Below, piece after piece: positions 41,710-53,242 of a DNA stretch of 64,000 bases. A program made the translations under genes and the position numbers. Source of the stretch: Paramecium tetraurelia (lineage: Eukaryota); assembly GCA_000165425.1 (NCBI GenBank), contig CT868618.1, positions 265,827 to 329,826 on the forward strand. The letters run 5' to 3'. The notes below the pieces were generated by a model. That model was not told where the DNA came from. It did not search any database and saw only the letters and a program-made list of their open reading frames with translations. Within the stretch, counting starts at the first letter, position 1. Every line of letters starts with the position of its first letter.

Positions 41710-42420
41710 ATAAAATTAAAAATGAATGATGATTTTATTGATAAGAAATTATTTATAAAAAGAATTAATTAGATGTGTCGAATTCACTTTAATAATTTTA
41801 GATTAAATGACCCAGACAAGAAAATAATGATTTAAATATAAAACAATTACTTAAGAGTACAAAAATAAATAAGATAGAGATAAAACTTAAAAAAATAATA
41901 AACAATTGATAAGATCCATAATTATATTTTGAGAAAGTATTTTTTAAAGATTTATAAAGATCTAAAAATAAGATAGTCATAATTTACTTAAAGGAGTTTT
42001 AGCAACTGTTTAAGTTTGTCTTACAAATAGATAAAGATCAATTATGTTCATAGTTATTTTATAAATATAGTTCTAATTATACATTATGAGTATCCACAAA
42101 GTTAATTGCAATTATTTTAAGTATGAATTTATTGGCCACTTGGGTCTTACAGGATCATTATAATTAACCTATTACTTATGTTTATCTATTTGGTTGATGC
42201 AAATGATTTCTATTATTTAATTAATCTTCTCCTTACACTCAAAAAAGAATCAAATTTGAGCATACTTATTAATTTAGTTTGCACTTAGATGTTCTATACT
42301 TTATGAATATCTTGCGCTCATTCTCTCAACAAGGCCATAACATTCATTGATAAATATATTTATTTTATAATAATATAAGCATAAGAGTATTGAATTTTGA
42401 TAATTTTAATAATTTAATAT

Positions 42421-42706
42421 ATGAGTAGAGGTACAAATCTCTTTGTAGCATTTTCTATATCTGGAATAGTCTGGATAGTTACTCTATTCTTATCAACTGG
42501 ATATGTGAAGTATTTAAGAAAATAAAAGTAGTGAAGTTGCCAAATCCATGCCAACATATGCTTTGATTTTATATTTCTCTTATGCACTTTTTAAGGTCGG
42601 AGGCGATTTGGCACGTTTAAAGGATTATCCTGAAGAGGCTTAATCGTTATAAAAGGAGGTTGAGGAGGCAAAACGCTTCTATAAGGAGAAGGGATTAAAA
42701 TTGTGA
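42421..42706 (+). CDS. DPM3: Dolichol-phosphate mannosyltransferase subunit 3
   Basis: Two TM segments followed by MPTYALILYFSYALFKVG..KDYPEEAQSLQKEVEEAKRFYKEKGL. One 22-nt intron. Confidence 0.85.
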
Positions 42707-42742
42707 AACATTAAATATTCATATATATTTTTATAAAATTTA

Positions 42743-43440
42743 ATGGATATCTATCACCTTCGTTTGGAAAATTATGAACCGAAACAATCCTTCTATGTAA
42801 TGAATAAAATACTTAAACTATTAATCGCTTTGCAAATGATTTTGGTTTTTTTCAGGATTTTTGTAAGAAATTAAGAACCATTTTTTTTGTCTGATTGTTT
42901 AAATGCATGTATGATGATGCTCACTTATTGTTAAAAAGTATGATACTAGAGTAAAATATTAGAATTATTGTCTTGCATTAATCACAATGTTTTATATTTT
43001 CTCATTGATATATTTGAATGCAATCTTCTTTTTGTAGTTTGTTGAATATAAACTGCCCTTTTTTATTGATTATACTAAAAATTTTACTTTGATGCTGGTA
43101 TTATTTCACTTCAATTTAGATTTTCTCAACTCTGCTTTATGTTTTTGAATCAATAATGTTATACTAAGTTTATAAGGAATTTAAGGGAATAATTTATGAC
43201 ATTAATCAAGAATATCCAGAGAGTGATTAGTAAGATTAACTACACCATATAGCTGAATTACTGTCTTAAAATTAAGAATAATAAGTCTAACAGATTAATT
43301 AAGAGTAATAATAGCAGGCAGAATAGGAGATTGAAAATTAATCAATTTAGGAACCAAATATTGCTGCTGGGTCATTACAAAGAAGGGTGCATAATCAAGG
43401 ATCAAGAACCTAATAAGAACTTTAAGAATTATAATCATGA
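42743..43440 (+). CDS. Hypothetical multi-pass membrane protein with Q/E-rich tail
   Basis: About four hydrophobic segments, two introns, then LYQVYKEFKG and a Q-rich C-terminus. Confidence 0.7.
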
Positions 43441-43583
43441 TTTTAACTTTTTATGAATATTTAAATATCTATTTTTAGATTTCAATATTTAATTGAAAGA
43501 TAATTGGCATGATATGTATGAATTTAAAATGAGTCAATTATGACAATTTATAATTCTTATAAATTAGTTTATCAAATAAAGAA

Positions 43584-46500
43584 ATGCAATAAGAAAGTCG
43601 GAAAATTTTTATAAATCGTAGAGATCAAAATATATTGTTTCCTTCAAATGCAATAAAGACTTCGAAATATAATATGCTGAACTTCTTTCCAAAGGCAATT
43701 CTATTGCAATTTATGAGAATTGCAAATATTTACTTCTTAGTAACAGCAGTTTTGCAGAGCATGCCTTTGCTTTCTCCGTTAGCCCCATTTTCTGCAATAA
43801 GTAAATGTAGAATTATAATTTTTTAGGTCCTCTTGTGTTTGTTTTGGCTGTGTCATTATTTCGTGAAATGTTAGAAGATTATGTATATAATTTGATAGTA
43901 ATTAACTTTAAGCGTAAACATCGAAACGATGACATGATTAATGAGCAAGTAGCCCTTTTATATAACAATTATGTATTTTAAAAAATATAGTGGAAAGAGA
44001 TCAGGGTTGGTGATATTGTATAAGTTTTGGAGGATTTCACAATACCAGCTGATTTATGTATCCTACGTACAAGTGATGAGAATGGCTAATGTTTTTTGGA
44101 AACCTCAAATCTTGATGGGTGAGTTACAATACTAAACCTAGTGAACGCAATCTCAAAACTAAATACGCAATAGCAGAAATCTAGGAGTAGATGATCCATG
44201 GGAAGTTCAGCGATCTTGCCGGAGAACTGCAATGTGACAAGCCTAACAATCGGATTCACAAATTTCAAGGAATGCTTCAAGTAGATCTAAAACAGTACCC
44301 AATTAGTAACAACAACATTTTATTGAGAGTATAAATATAGCAGTATTCTTTAGGGGACAACGATCAAGAACACCAAATGGGTCGTGGGTTTGGTAGTATA
44401 CACAGGACATGATTGTAAAATAATTAAGAGTTAGGGTAAGATGAGGTATAAGACAACTCACATTGAGAGAGCTTTAAATATCATAGTCGTTGTAATATTG
44501 ATACTGTAAGCAGGTGCTTGCATAGCATTGTCCTTCTTCACTGCTTACAACTACAATCCCTTGAACTTCGAAGGCAAACCCTAGTTCATTTACATATATC
44601 CCGATTAGGATAAGAATGGACCAGTTGTAACTGCAGTAATCAGTTATTTCTCTAATTTCCTTCTTCTCAATTCGATGGTCCCCATTTCTCTCATCATCTC
44701 TTTAGAAACCTTGAAATATTTGCAGACCACTTGGATGGAATTTGATGACCAAATGCAAAGTGAAAATCAACCTTTTAGAGTACTCAATACGATGATTCAC
44801 GAGGAATTAGGAAAGATTGAGTATGTCTTCACAGATAAAACAGGGACTTTGACTTCAAACAATATGGAATTTAGGTAATGTTGCATAAAGGGCATAGCTT
44901 ATTCAAATGGAGATTTGCTAGAGATTTTTAAAAGTGATAACATAATGAACGATTTGGAATTGGATAAATATATAAATTTCTTCCTCTGTATAATAATTTG
45001 TCACAATGTTATTGTTGATGAAAAACTGAATGAGTTCTAAGGTAGTTCTCCTGATGAAGTGGCTTTGGTCAAGGCAGCATTCAATCATGGATTTAAATTC
45101 CTTAAAAGAACCAACAATTCAATCTTCATTAAAGTGCGAGAGTAATTATTAGTATATGAGTATATTTGTGAATTTGAATTTACATCTGATAGAAAAAGAA
45201 TGAGTATGGTTGTTAAGGATATGTAGACAGAGTAATTGCTGTTGTTTTGCAAAGGAGCCGATAACATAATCTGGAGGAGATTAGACATGAGAAAACATTA
45301 GGAATAGGAGTTACAAATGAGTTAAGTCAGTCTTAAGAAATATTCCAAGGAAGGTCTCAGAACACTTTGTCTGACTTATAAATAACTTGATGAAATATAC
45401 TTTTAGGATTGGTAAAAACAGTATCGAGCTCTTTAAAATGAGGTGGCACTTGATCCAGAGGCAGCTAATAAATTGAAAGAGCATGAATCCATTCTGGAAC
45501 ATGAATTGATGCTTTTAGGAATTACTGCATTGGAAGACAAGCTCTAAGAGGATGTCCCTGAAGTCATTAAATCTCTTCATGAAGCAGGGATTAAAGTCTG
45601 GATGCTTACTGGGGATAAAATGGAAACTGCAGAAAATATAGGTCATTTATGTCATTTGATTGATGAGAGTACTAAATGTTTTAGAGTTAATCAGGAGGAT
45701 TAGGAGAGCATATTGTAATTATATTTAAATATGTTTAGAATGAGATTCAAAAAAATAAGCAGGAGCATATAGACTTATGAGAAAATTACGAAGAAAACAA
45801 ATAGAGTGAAGAAAAATTAATTGTTATAATAACAATTATAATGGTTAAGAGAATAGTCGTCTATTAATTCACAGATCAGATCGGTTCACAAAATGAAAAT
45901 TAATTAAATGTCTGTAAAATCAGAGGGTAGTGAGAATCATAGTGCAAAAGAAATTAAAAGGACTTTTGCTTTGATAGTTGAAGGAGATTCGATTTATTAT
46001 CTGTTGCATTCTGAGAAAATTTAAGAAGAATTTTTAAAAATTATTCCAAAATGCAGAACTGTAATTTGTTGTAGATCCACTCCTAATTAGAAGGCAGAGA
46101 TTGTTGGTTTGGTTAAAAAGAACCTAAAATCAATTACTCTGGCTATAGGAGATGGTGGAAATGATGTTAGCATGATATAGGAATCTCATATAGGTGTAGG
46201 AATTTTGGGAAAGGAAGGAAATTAGGCAGCCATGAATAGCGATTACTTCTTTTGTTAGTTCAAACATTTATGGAGATTATTATTTATACATGGAAGATGG
46301 AATCTATATCGAACCAGTTATTTTGTAAATTACTTTTTTTTTAAAAATATTTTATTCACTTTTCAACAATTTTACTTTGCATTTTTTAATGCATTTAGTA
46401 GTTAGTCTTTCTATGAAGATGGTTATTTGCTCAACTTCAATACATTAATCACAGCAGTTGCCCCAGTTTATTATGGAGTATTTGATCAAGATTTAGATGT

Positions 46501-47161
46501 TCAAGATTCATTTATTAAATCATAGTTGCCAAGAGTATACAGTGAATTCAAGTATCATAAATTGTTTGGGAGAAGAGCATTTGCAAAATGGTATGTAAGT
46601 GGATTGTTGTGCAGTGCTCTGGTCTTCTTTGTGACAAAACAGATATACTTGATATAGGTGAATTCAGAAAGTGGGAGAGTTGATGGATTATGGTAACTAA
46701 GCATTTCCAGTTATTGGTCAAGTGTTTTCATAGTATTCATGGTCATAATTAGTGATTCAAACTAATTTACATGGGTTACTTTCCTAGCTTATGGTCCATT
46801 AAGCATATTAGCATTTTTCCCTGTTTTTACATTGGCTTGGAATGAATTCTAGAGTGAGACAAAGCATTATGCATTTGACTGGTTGGGAAATGCTAAATTC
46901 TTCATTGTTATAACTCTAATAGTGGGGACTGTTTTCATTTTTAAAAGAGTAGTGAACATTTGGTAGTAGCTGGAGTACCCAACGGTGATTGATAAAGTGA
47001 GGAAGGAGAAGCAGGAGTTGGACGAAATTGTGGAGCAGTCGTTGCCCCCTGGATCGAGCAGATAGGAGTTGAGTGAATTAGAATTTCCGATTTCGATTGA
47101 GAATTAAGTTTAAGGTGTATATAATCTCTCGCATAACATGGGATAATAAAGAGATATGTGA
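43584..47161 (+). CDS. P4-ATPase phospholipid flippase
   Basis: NAIKTSKY, ETSNLDGE, VPISL, TDKTGTLT, SSPDE, EFTSDRKRMS, WMLTGDK, AIGDGGNDVSMIQ, HGRWNLYR. Confidence 0.96.
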
Positions 47162-47190
47162 TAAAATTTATTTGCACTATTTATATTAAA

Positions 47191-49772
47191 ATGATCCGCC
47201 CACGTTATGAAAGCCAAAAGGACCATCCTTTGTAGACAGATGTGGCCTGTTTCTTAATGGTCATTGAAGTTCAGAGGTTACTGGATGAAAACACTTAATT
47301 GAAGGTGGAAATGCAGGAGATCTTGTCACGACAACTTGACAGAGCCAATTATGAACAATAGATTAAAGATCTGATGGAACGTCTTCGTTAACTGCAAGGG
47401 TATGTTGGAATTGTAATCTGTTTAGTTTGGTAGCAGATCTTACAAAGGAAAATAAGCAGCTCAAATAACGATAAGCTGATTAAGATGCTGAACTAGCAGA
47501 CTTAAAATAATTTGTTGAAGAAAATAACCTGGAGGAGAAATAGGAATAGCAAGAGGCAGCTGCCAAGGAATTAGACGATCTCAAAGATTAATTAGAAAGA
47601 GATCAAAAAGACAGGGTATGATATGTACTTATTAATAGGATGATCAAAAGGCTTTTTATGAAGGTTTACTTGCAGATAAAGATGATTTGATAGCTGAACT
47701 CAGAAGACAATTAAAAGATGCCGATGAAAAATTCAATAATTATCGTCGAGAAAAGGAGTAGATAATCAAGGAAAAAGATTATGATATCAAGAACAAGGAA
47801 AGAGAGATCAAGGACTTACTAAGGAGATTAGCTGAATTTGAGGCAAAATTATAAGGTAAAAGACCTGATGAAATTCAGCGAGATATGGATAGATTAAAAA
47901 AGGAATTGGCTGATAAAGACAAAGAGATTGATAAATTAAAAAAGAAATTAGGAGATCTAGAAGCTTAATTAGCTCTATTAAAACAATAATTATAGGATGC
48001 TAAAGATAAGCTCAAAGATGCTTTGTCTTAATTGGCAGAAGCAAAGAATTAGGCAAATTAGGCAGCCAAAGATAATGATGCTAAAAATCAAAGGAGAATC
48101 AGGGAACTAGAATAATTGGTTGAGTAATTGAAGGCTGAAATTGACAGATTAAACGCTTTGATAGATAAATTGAATTAAGATGTTGCATCTGGAATTGAAA
48201 GAGAAAAACAATTGAATGATAATTTACAAAGTAATCTCAATATTCTAAATTAGAATAACTAAGTGATAACGGGTCAGTTTCTGCAGCCAGATAAAATAGA
48301 TAAGCCAAATAAGCAGAGCAAGCTTAATAATAATTAACCTAGGCTTCTTAGAAGTTAAAGGATACTGAAAAGGATAACAATGAACTCAAAAAGAAATCAA
48401 ATGAATTGGATAGATAATTAGAAGAAGCTAAAAAACTAATTAAATAATTATAAGATGAGATTGCTGCTTTAAAGGAAAAATTATTGTTGGCTCAGACTGA
48501 AAATGACGATCTCAGAAATTAATTAAATGACTTATAAGATTAGTTGACTGAAGCGTAGTTGGATAAGGATTATCTCTAAAAATCACTTAAAGATTAAGAA
48601 GATGAACTCAACAGAGTTAATGATTAAATATAAGATTTGAATAACGAAAAAGAATAAGCACAAGCTGCTGCTTTAGAAGCAAAATCATAGCTTCAGAATT
48701 TGGAAGATGAAAAAGCTTAAGAGGATGCTGATAAAGAAAAAGATTAAGATAGATTAAATGAATTGGAAGATAAGATAGCTGATCTTGAAGATTAAATCGA
48801 AGACTTGGAAAAAACAAGGAATCGTTTACTTAATTAAATTCAAGATTTAATAGATAAGCTACACGATGAAAGAGAATTGTGTGAATATTATCATAAACTC
48901 TGTTCTGATTAAGAACACTAAAATAAATTATTATAAGACTAAGAAAACAAATTAAAGGAGTAAGTCTAAAAATTGAATAATGATATTGAATAGATGGAAG
49001 AAGATCATGATGAAGCATAGAAGAGACTAATAGAATTGGCTTCAGAATAAGAAGCTCTTAAGGAGTTAGCTGCTTCTAATTAAGATAACGTTATTGATAA
49101 AGAGGCTTATGACAACTTATTGAATTAGTTGGATGAGAAAAATAAAGAAATAGAGGATCTAAACGAATTATTAAGAAGATATGAATAATAATTCAAAATG
49201 TTAAGAGCTGAATTAGCCAGAGTGAATTTAGCTTAACTAAAAGATAAAAAAACTAAATAAGATACTGAGGCCTTGTTAACCAAAATCATGATTATGTAGG
49301 CTGAAAATGATCGTTTATAATAGGCTGCCAAATAATTATCATCCCAAGTTGCTTAACCTGAGGGATTGAAAAAGGGTGGAAGTTAGATTAACGATACTGC
49401 ATAAGGAAAACTAGAATCTTTACAAAAGGAAAATCTCAAACTTGAGGATCAAGTTAGTGAGTATGAAAATAAGATTGCTTTATTGACTATGGAGTTGAAG
49501 AGGTTGAAAGACTCAAAGTAATTGCATATTTATACTAATTATTTAGGCCTGAGATTCTGCCAATCAAATCCAATGGTAGCGATGAGCAATAATATTAATT
49601 ACAAGTTCAATAATTATAATAACAAGTGTAATAATTATAGAACGGTGGACTATTGTAATCAAATGGATAGCCTCTATCGAAAGAGGATAGAAGACTATCT
49701 GATTTGTTATGCCTAGTGACAATCATGGCTGCTGAAATAGAGAACCTTAGAACTCTCGTTGCCTCGCATTGA
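47191..49772 (+). CDS. Long coiled-coil protein with repeated (M/L)xxE(I/N)xRL motifs, probably cytoskeletal
   Basis: E/K/Q-rich heptads; motifs MVIEVQRL, LKAEIDRL, MQAENDRL, LTMELKRL, MAAEIENL. Several introns. Confidence 0.8.
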
Positions 49773-49815
49773 GATGAATAAATATAAGATACATTATTAA
49801 TATTTTGAGTATACA

Positions 49816-50999
49816 TCACTCCTCGTAAAAGAATTAGGGAACTACACCTTAATTAATTGTTGTTGAATTGTCACTGAATTCTTGGCTAAATGTAGGTTCT
49901 TAAAATAGAAACTCGTCAGTCTCAAACTTTCCATTTGCTCCATAATAGCTTAAGCAACTTTCATTGGGAGTCAAAGCTATAAACTAAAATGTAGAAATAC
50001 CAATCGTATAAGGTTTGTCATACTCGATCTTGATTGCTTTTGTGAAATATATTTTTCCAATATGGTTTACAAACTCCATGTCATTTTTAATAACAAAATT
50101 GTCTTAATAAATTATTTTTTTGCTAATTTTAATATAATAATACCTATTAACATTTGATCCTTCAAATATTTGCACTTAAAATACCAACTCCTTTTCTGGC
50201 CAAGATGTAATCTCATACAACCCAACACCAGAAAGCCAAATATCATGTTTCTTTTTGGATCTCAAACAAATGGCATCAGTCTCTTTCAAATTCCATTATT
50301 CATAGGTTAATTGATATCTATTTTGGCTGCTCAATATCTTCACTTATTTTTTTATCGGATTTTAACAGGTTTCATACAGTTTTTTCAAATCAGTTAAACA
50401 CTAATAAACCATAAAAGATTTATTACCTTCTCCAGCCAATATTTGCTCTCTCTTTCAATAACCTCAGCCGTTTTTATGAGTTTTTGTGCCTGCTAATTTA
50501 CTTCAGTGTCTCTCAATATCCACAGTTGTCCATCGCAGGTTTTTAAAAGGGGTTCAATTTTCTCAATTGCCTGCTCTATCTACCCTTTTGTTAATTTTTC
50601 CATATTCAACATAGAGATTGATTTTTCAAATGCGTCTCCAACAAACAAATCGGCTTCCAAATCGAGCAATTTAATTTGCTTCTCTATTTCCTTCTCTAGT
50701 TTGTTGAGGATTTCTTTTATTTCAATTAGGTTTTATCTGAAGGTTTGTTTAATGTTGTGATGTTTTCCAAATATTTCATTGCCCTTATTGTGCAGCTCCT
50801 ATTGATTCTTGGGATTATTGGCCTTATTAAGACTTTGAACGATTGTTTTAAGTGGGAATACATTCTTCACATGGGCTTAATGAGACTTCAGTAAACAAAA
50901 TGAACAGATCAATCCTTTGTTTTAACAATCGACTTCTAAACAAAACAAATTGAGTGGATTATCTTGATGTTCTTTGTCTTCACAATACAAAGCTTACAT
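49816..50999 (-). CDS. B-box-like zinc finger + coiled coil + PHR-like domain protein
   Basis: CEDKEH..LFCLEVDC..LICSFCLLKSHQAH; C-terminal DAICLRS..LSGVGLYE, SYYGANG, NSTTINQGVVPQFFY resembling PHR. Introns present. Confidence 0.75.
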
Positions 51000-51011
51000 T
51001 TAATTAAATGT
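50996..51011. promoter_or_regulatory. Perfect 16-bp palindrome ACATTTAATTAAATGT containing both start codons of a divergent gene pair
   Basis: Direct reading: CAT at 50997-50999, TTAATTAA at 51000-51007, ATG at 51008-51010. Confidence 0.6.
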
Positions 51012-52716
51012 TAAAATTATTCAACAAAGAAAAGAAGAAAGCACCTTAAATTCAAAATGTGCTTACTGTTGAGGAATTTTTCAAGAGAGACGAATATGAG
51101 ATCAATGAGGAGTTTTGGAAAATGAATGCCACTTAACTCGAAGAAACTTGCAAGAAACAAGAAAAGTATATAAAAAAATTGAAAACCTTGTATGTGGCAG
51201 TATGATTGATTTGTCATTAATTCAATAGCATTTAGATTATCTTGAGCAATTGTTGATAAAGCATGAGGAGGAGAAGAAGAAACTAAGAACAGAAATAGAA
51301 GAATGGCAAATAAAAAATTGTAATATTTAAATTGTATCATAAATATATAGAAAGCAATTTTGAACTAAAACAACAGATTGAAGCCTAATATAAATAGATG
51401 TACGAATAGTTTTCTACTCAATCTCTGCAATAGAAGTAACCTCAAATTATGGAGGAACACAAATAGGAGCCACAAAATGTAGACTTGTTAGATTTAGTTG
51501 AGCCAAAGGAAGAGGAAATCGAAAGACTGCGATTATAGTGCATAAAAGTATGCGAAGAGATGAGAAGATTGCAAGAGGATAATGATGATTTAAGCACTGC
51601 TTTGGAGGTAGAGAAATAGCATAAAGAGTAATTAAGACAATAATTTGAATAATAAAAAGGCTAATTGTAATAAGAGATATCTGAGTTACAGATTAAAATT
51701 AAAAATATACAAGATGAAGGATAGTTAAATACTTAAAAATTAGAAGATAGAATAAGGAATTAAAGGGATTTAGAATTAAATGCATCTGATTTAAATACAA
51801 AGATTCATGAGTTGGATAGTAAATTGTTATAAGAAAAAATTAAGGTTGATTCAAAAAACAAGGATTGTATTCGATTGGAAGATTAAGTTAATGAATTAAA
51901 AAGTTAGATTGAGTAAATGTCGAATTAAATAAATATTTAAAAAAGTAAATTGCAATTATTAGAATCAAAAAGATAGAAGGATAAAGTTACAATCAATGAG
52001 TTAAAAAATAACATCACTCTTTCACAGAATAACATTGAATTAATCTAGTTTCAACATAAAAATGAGATTTAAAATTTGAATTTGCAATTCAATGAATTAT
52101 AATTAAAAAGCAATCTATATGAGTAACTCAAAGTGCAGTATGATTAACTGCAAAATTAGTTAATGGACAAGAATGTAAAGGTGCAATAATTATTTCATCA
52201 GATTTCAGACATGGAATAATAGATAGAATAAAAGAATAAGTATAAAATTAAGTCTATTCAAGATAGTAATAAAGTAGAGATGAGAAACAGACATAGAAGG
52301 AAGTTGAAAGAGAAAACTTGATCTAGCATCTCACTCTTAAGAGAGAGAATGCCAGAGTGGAAATTGAGTAGTTGAATGACAAGATCATATCTTTAATGAA
52401 ATTAGTGGATTCCATCAAGAACAAGGCTTCGTAAAACAATGACATTTAACAAATTATTAAGCATAATTCAGATATTCTAAACAAATCTGAAGTATTGCAG
52501 AAAAGCAATCGAAGAGTATAGTTATTTCCGACACTCCACAAGTGTTTAACTGAATTAAGAAAATTGGAAGATAAATGTTACAAATTATACATTTAGACTA
52601 TGATTTCTGACTTTTAGAATAAGGACTCTAATATTTAGATAGAAAGGTACTTAAATGATATCGGGAGGAGATCTCAAGACATTCTAGATCTATTAGATGA
52701 AATGGGTTTGAAATGA
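51008..52716 (+). CDS. Coiled-coil hypothetical protein
   Basis: MLKLFNKEKKKAPQIQ... long heptad-rich frame with short introns, ending LLDEMGLK*. Confidence 0.78.
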
Positions 52717-52772
52717 AATAATACATTATTATTAACAATCATTTGTAGATTTATATTATTATTAAGTGATTT

Positions 52773-53151
52773 ATGAAATTAGTCAGATTTCTCATGAAAC
52801 TCAAGAATGAGTAGGTGATTGTAGAATTGAAGAATGGCACAGTGGTTTTAGGTACAATTACTGGAGTAGATGTAAGAATGAATACTCATTTGAGCAAAGT
52901 GAAATTGACATTAAAAGGAAAGAATCCAGTAGGGTTAGATTAATTAACAATAAGAGGTTTAGAAAAGATAATTAATATGAATAGGAAATAATATCAGATA
53001 TTTCCACTTATCCGAGAATTTATAGATAGACAATCTATTGGTGGATGAATCAATATCTAAATCTAAGAAGGTGAAAGCAGGAATGGAGAAGAATGATCCA
53101 AACTTTAAGAGAAAGAAGAAGAACAAGGTCACTCGTTTACCAAGAAGATGA
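52773..53151 (+). CDS. SNRPD1: Small nuclear ribonucleoprotein Sm D1
   Basis: [40 protein letters not shown]...LTIRGNNIRY. One intron. Confidence 0.96.
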
Positions 53152-53242
53152 CAAAGGATTTTATTTATTCAACAATCAAATATCAAGTTAAAATTTGTTA
53201 TTCTCTTTCCATTATTCTATAATTGCAAATGTTAGAATTTAT

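Noticed and set aside
41740..42400. Possible gene between the hypothetical gene and DPM3
   Set aside because: Only short fragments interrupted by TGA; not enough support even for a confident pseudogene call.
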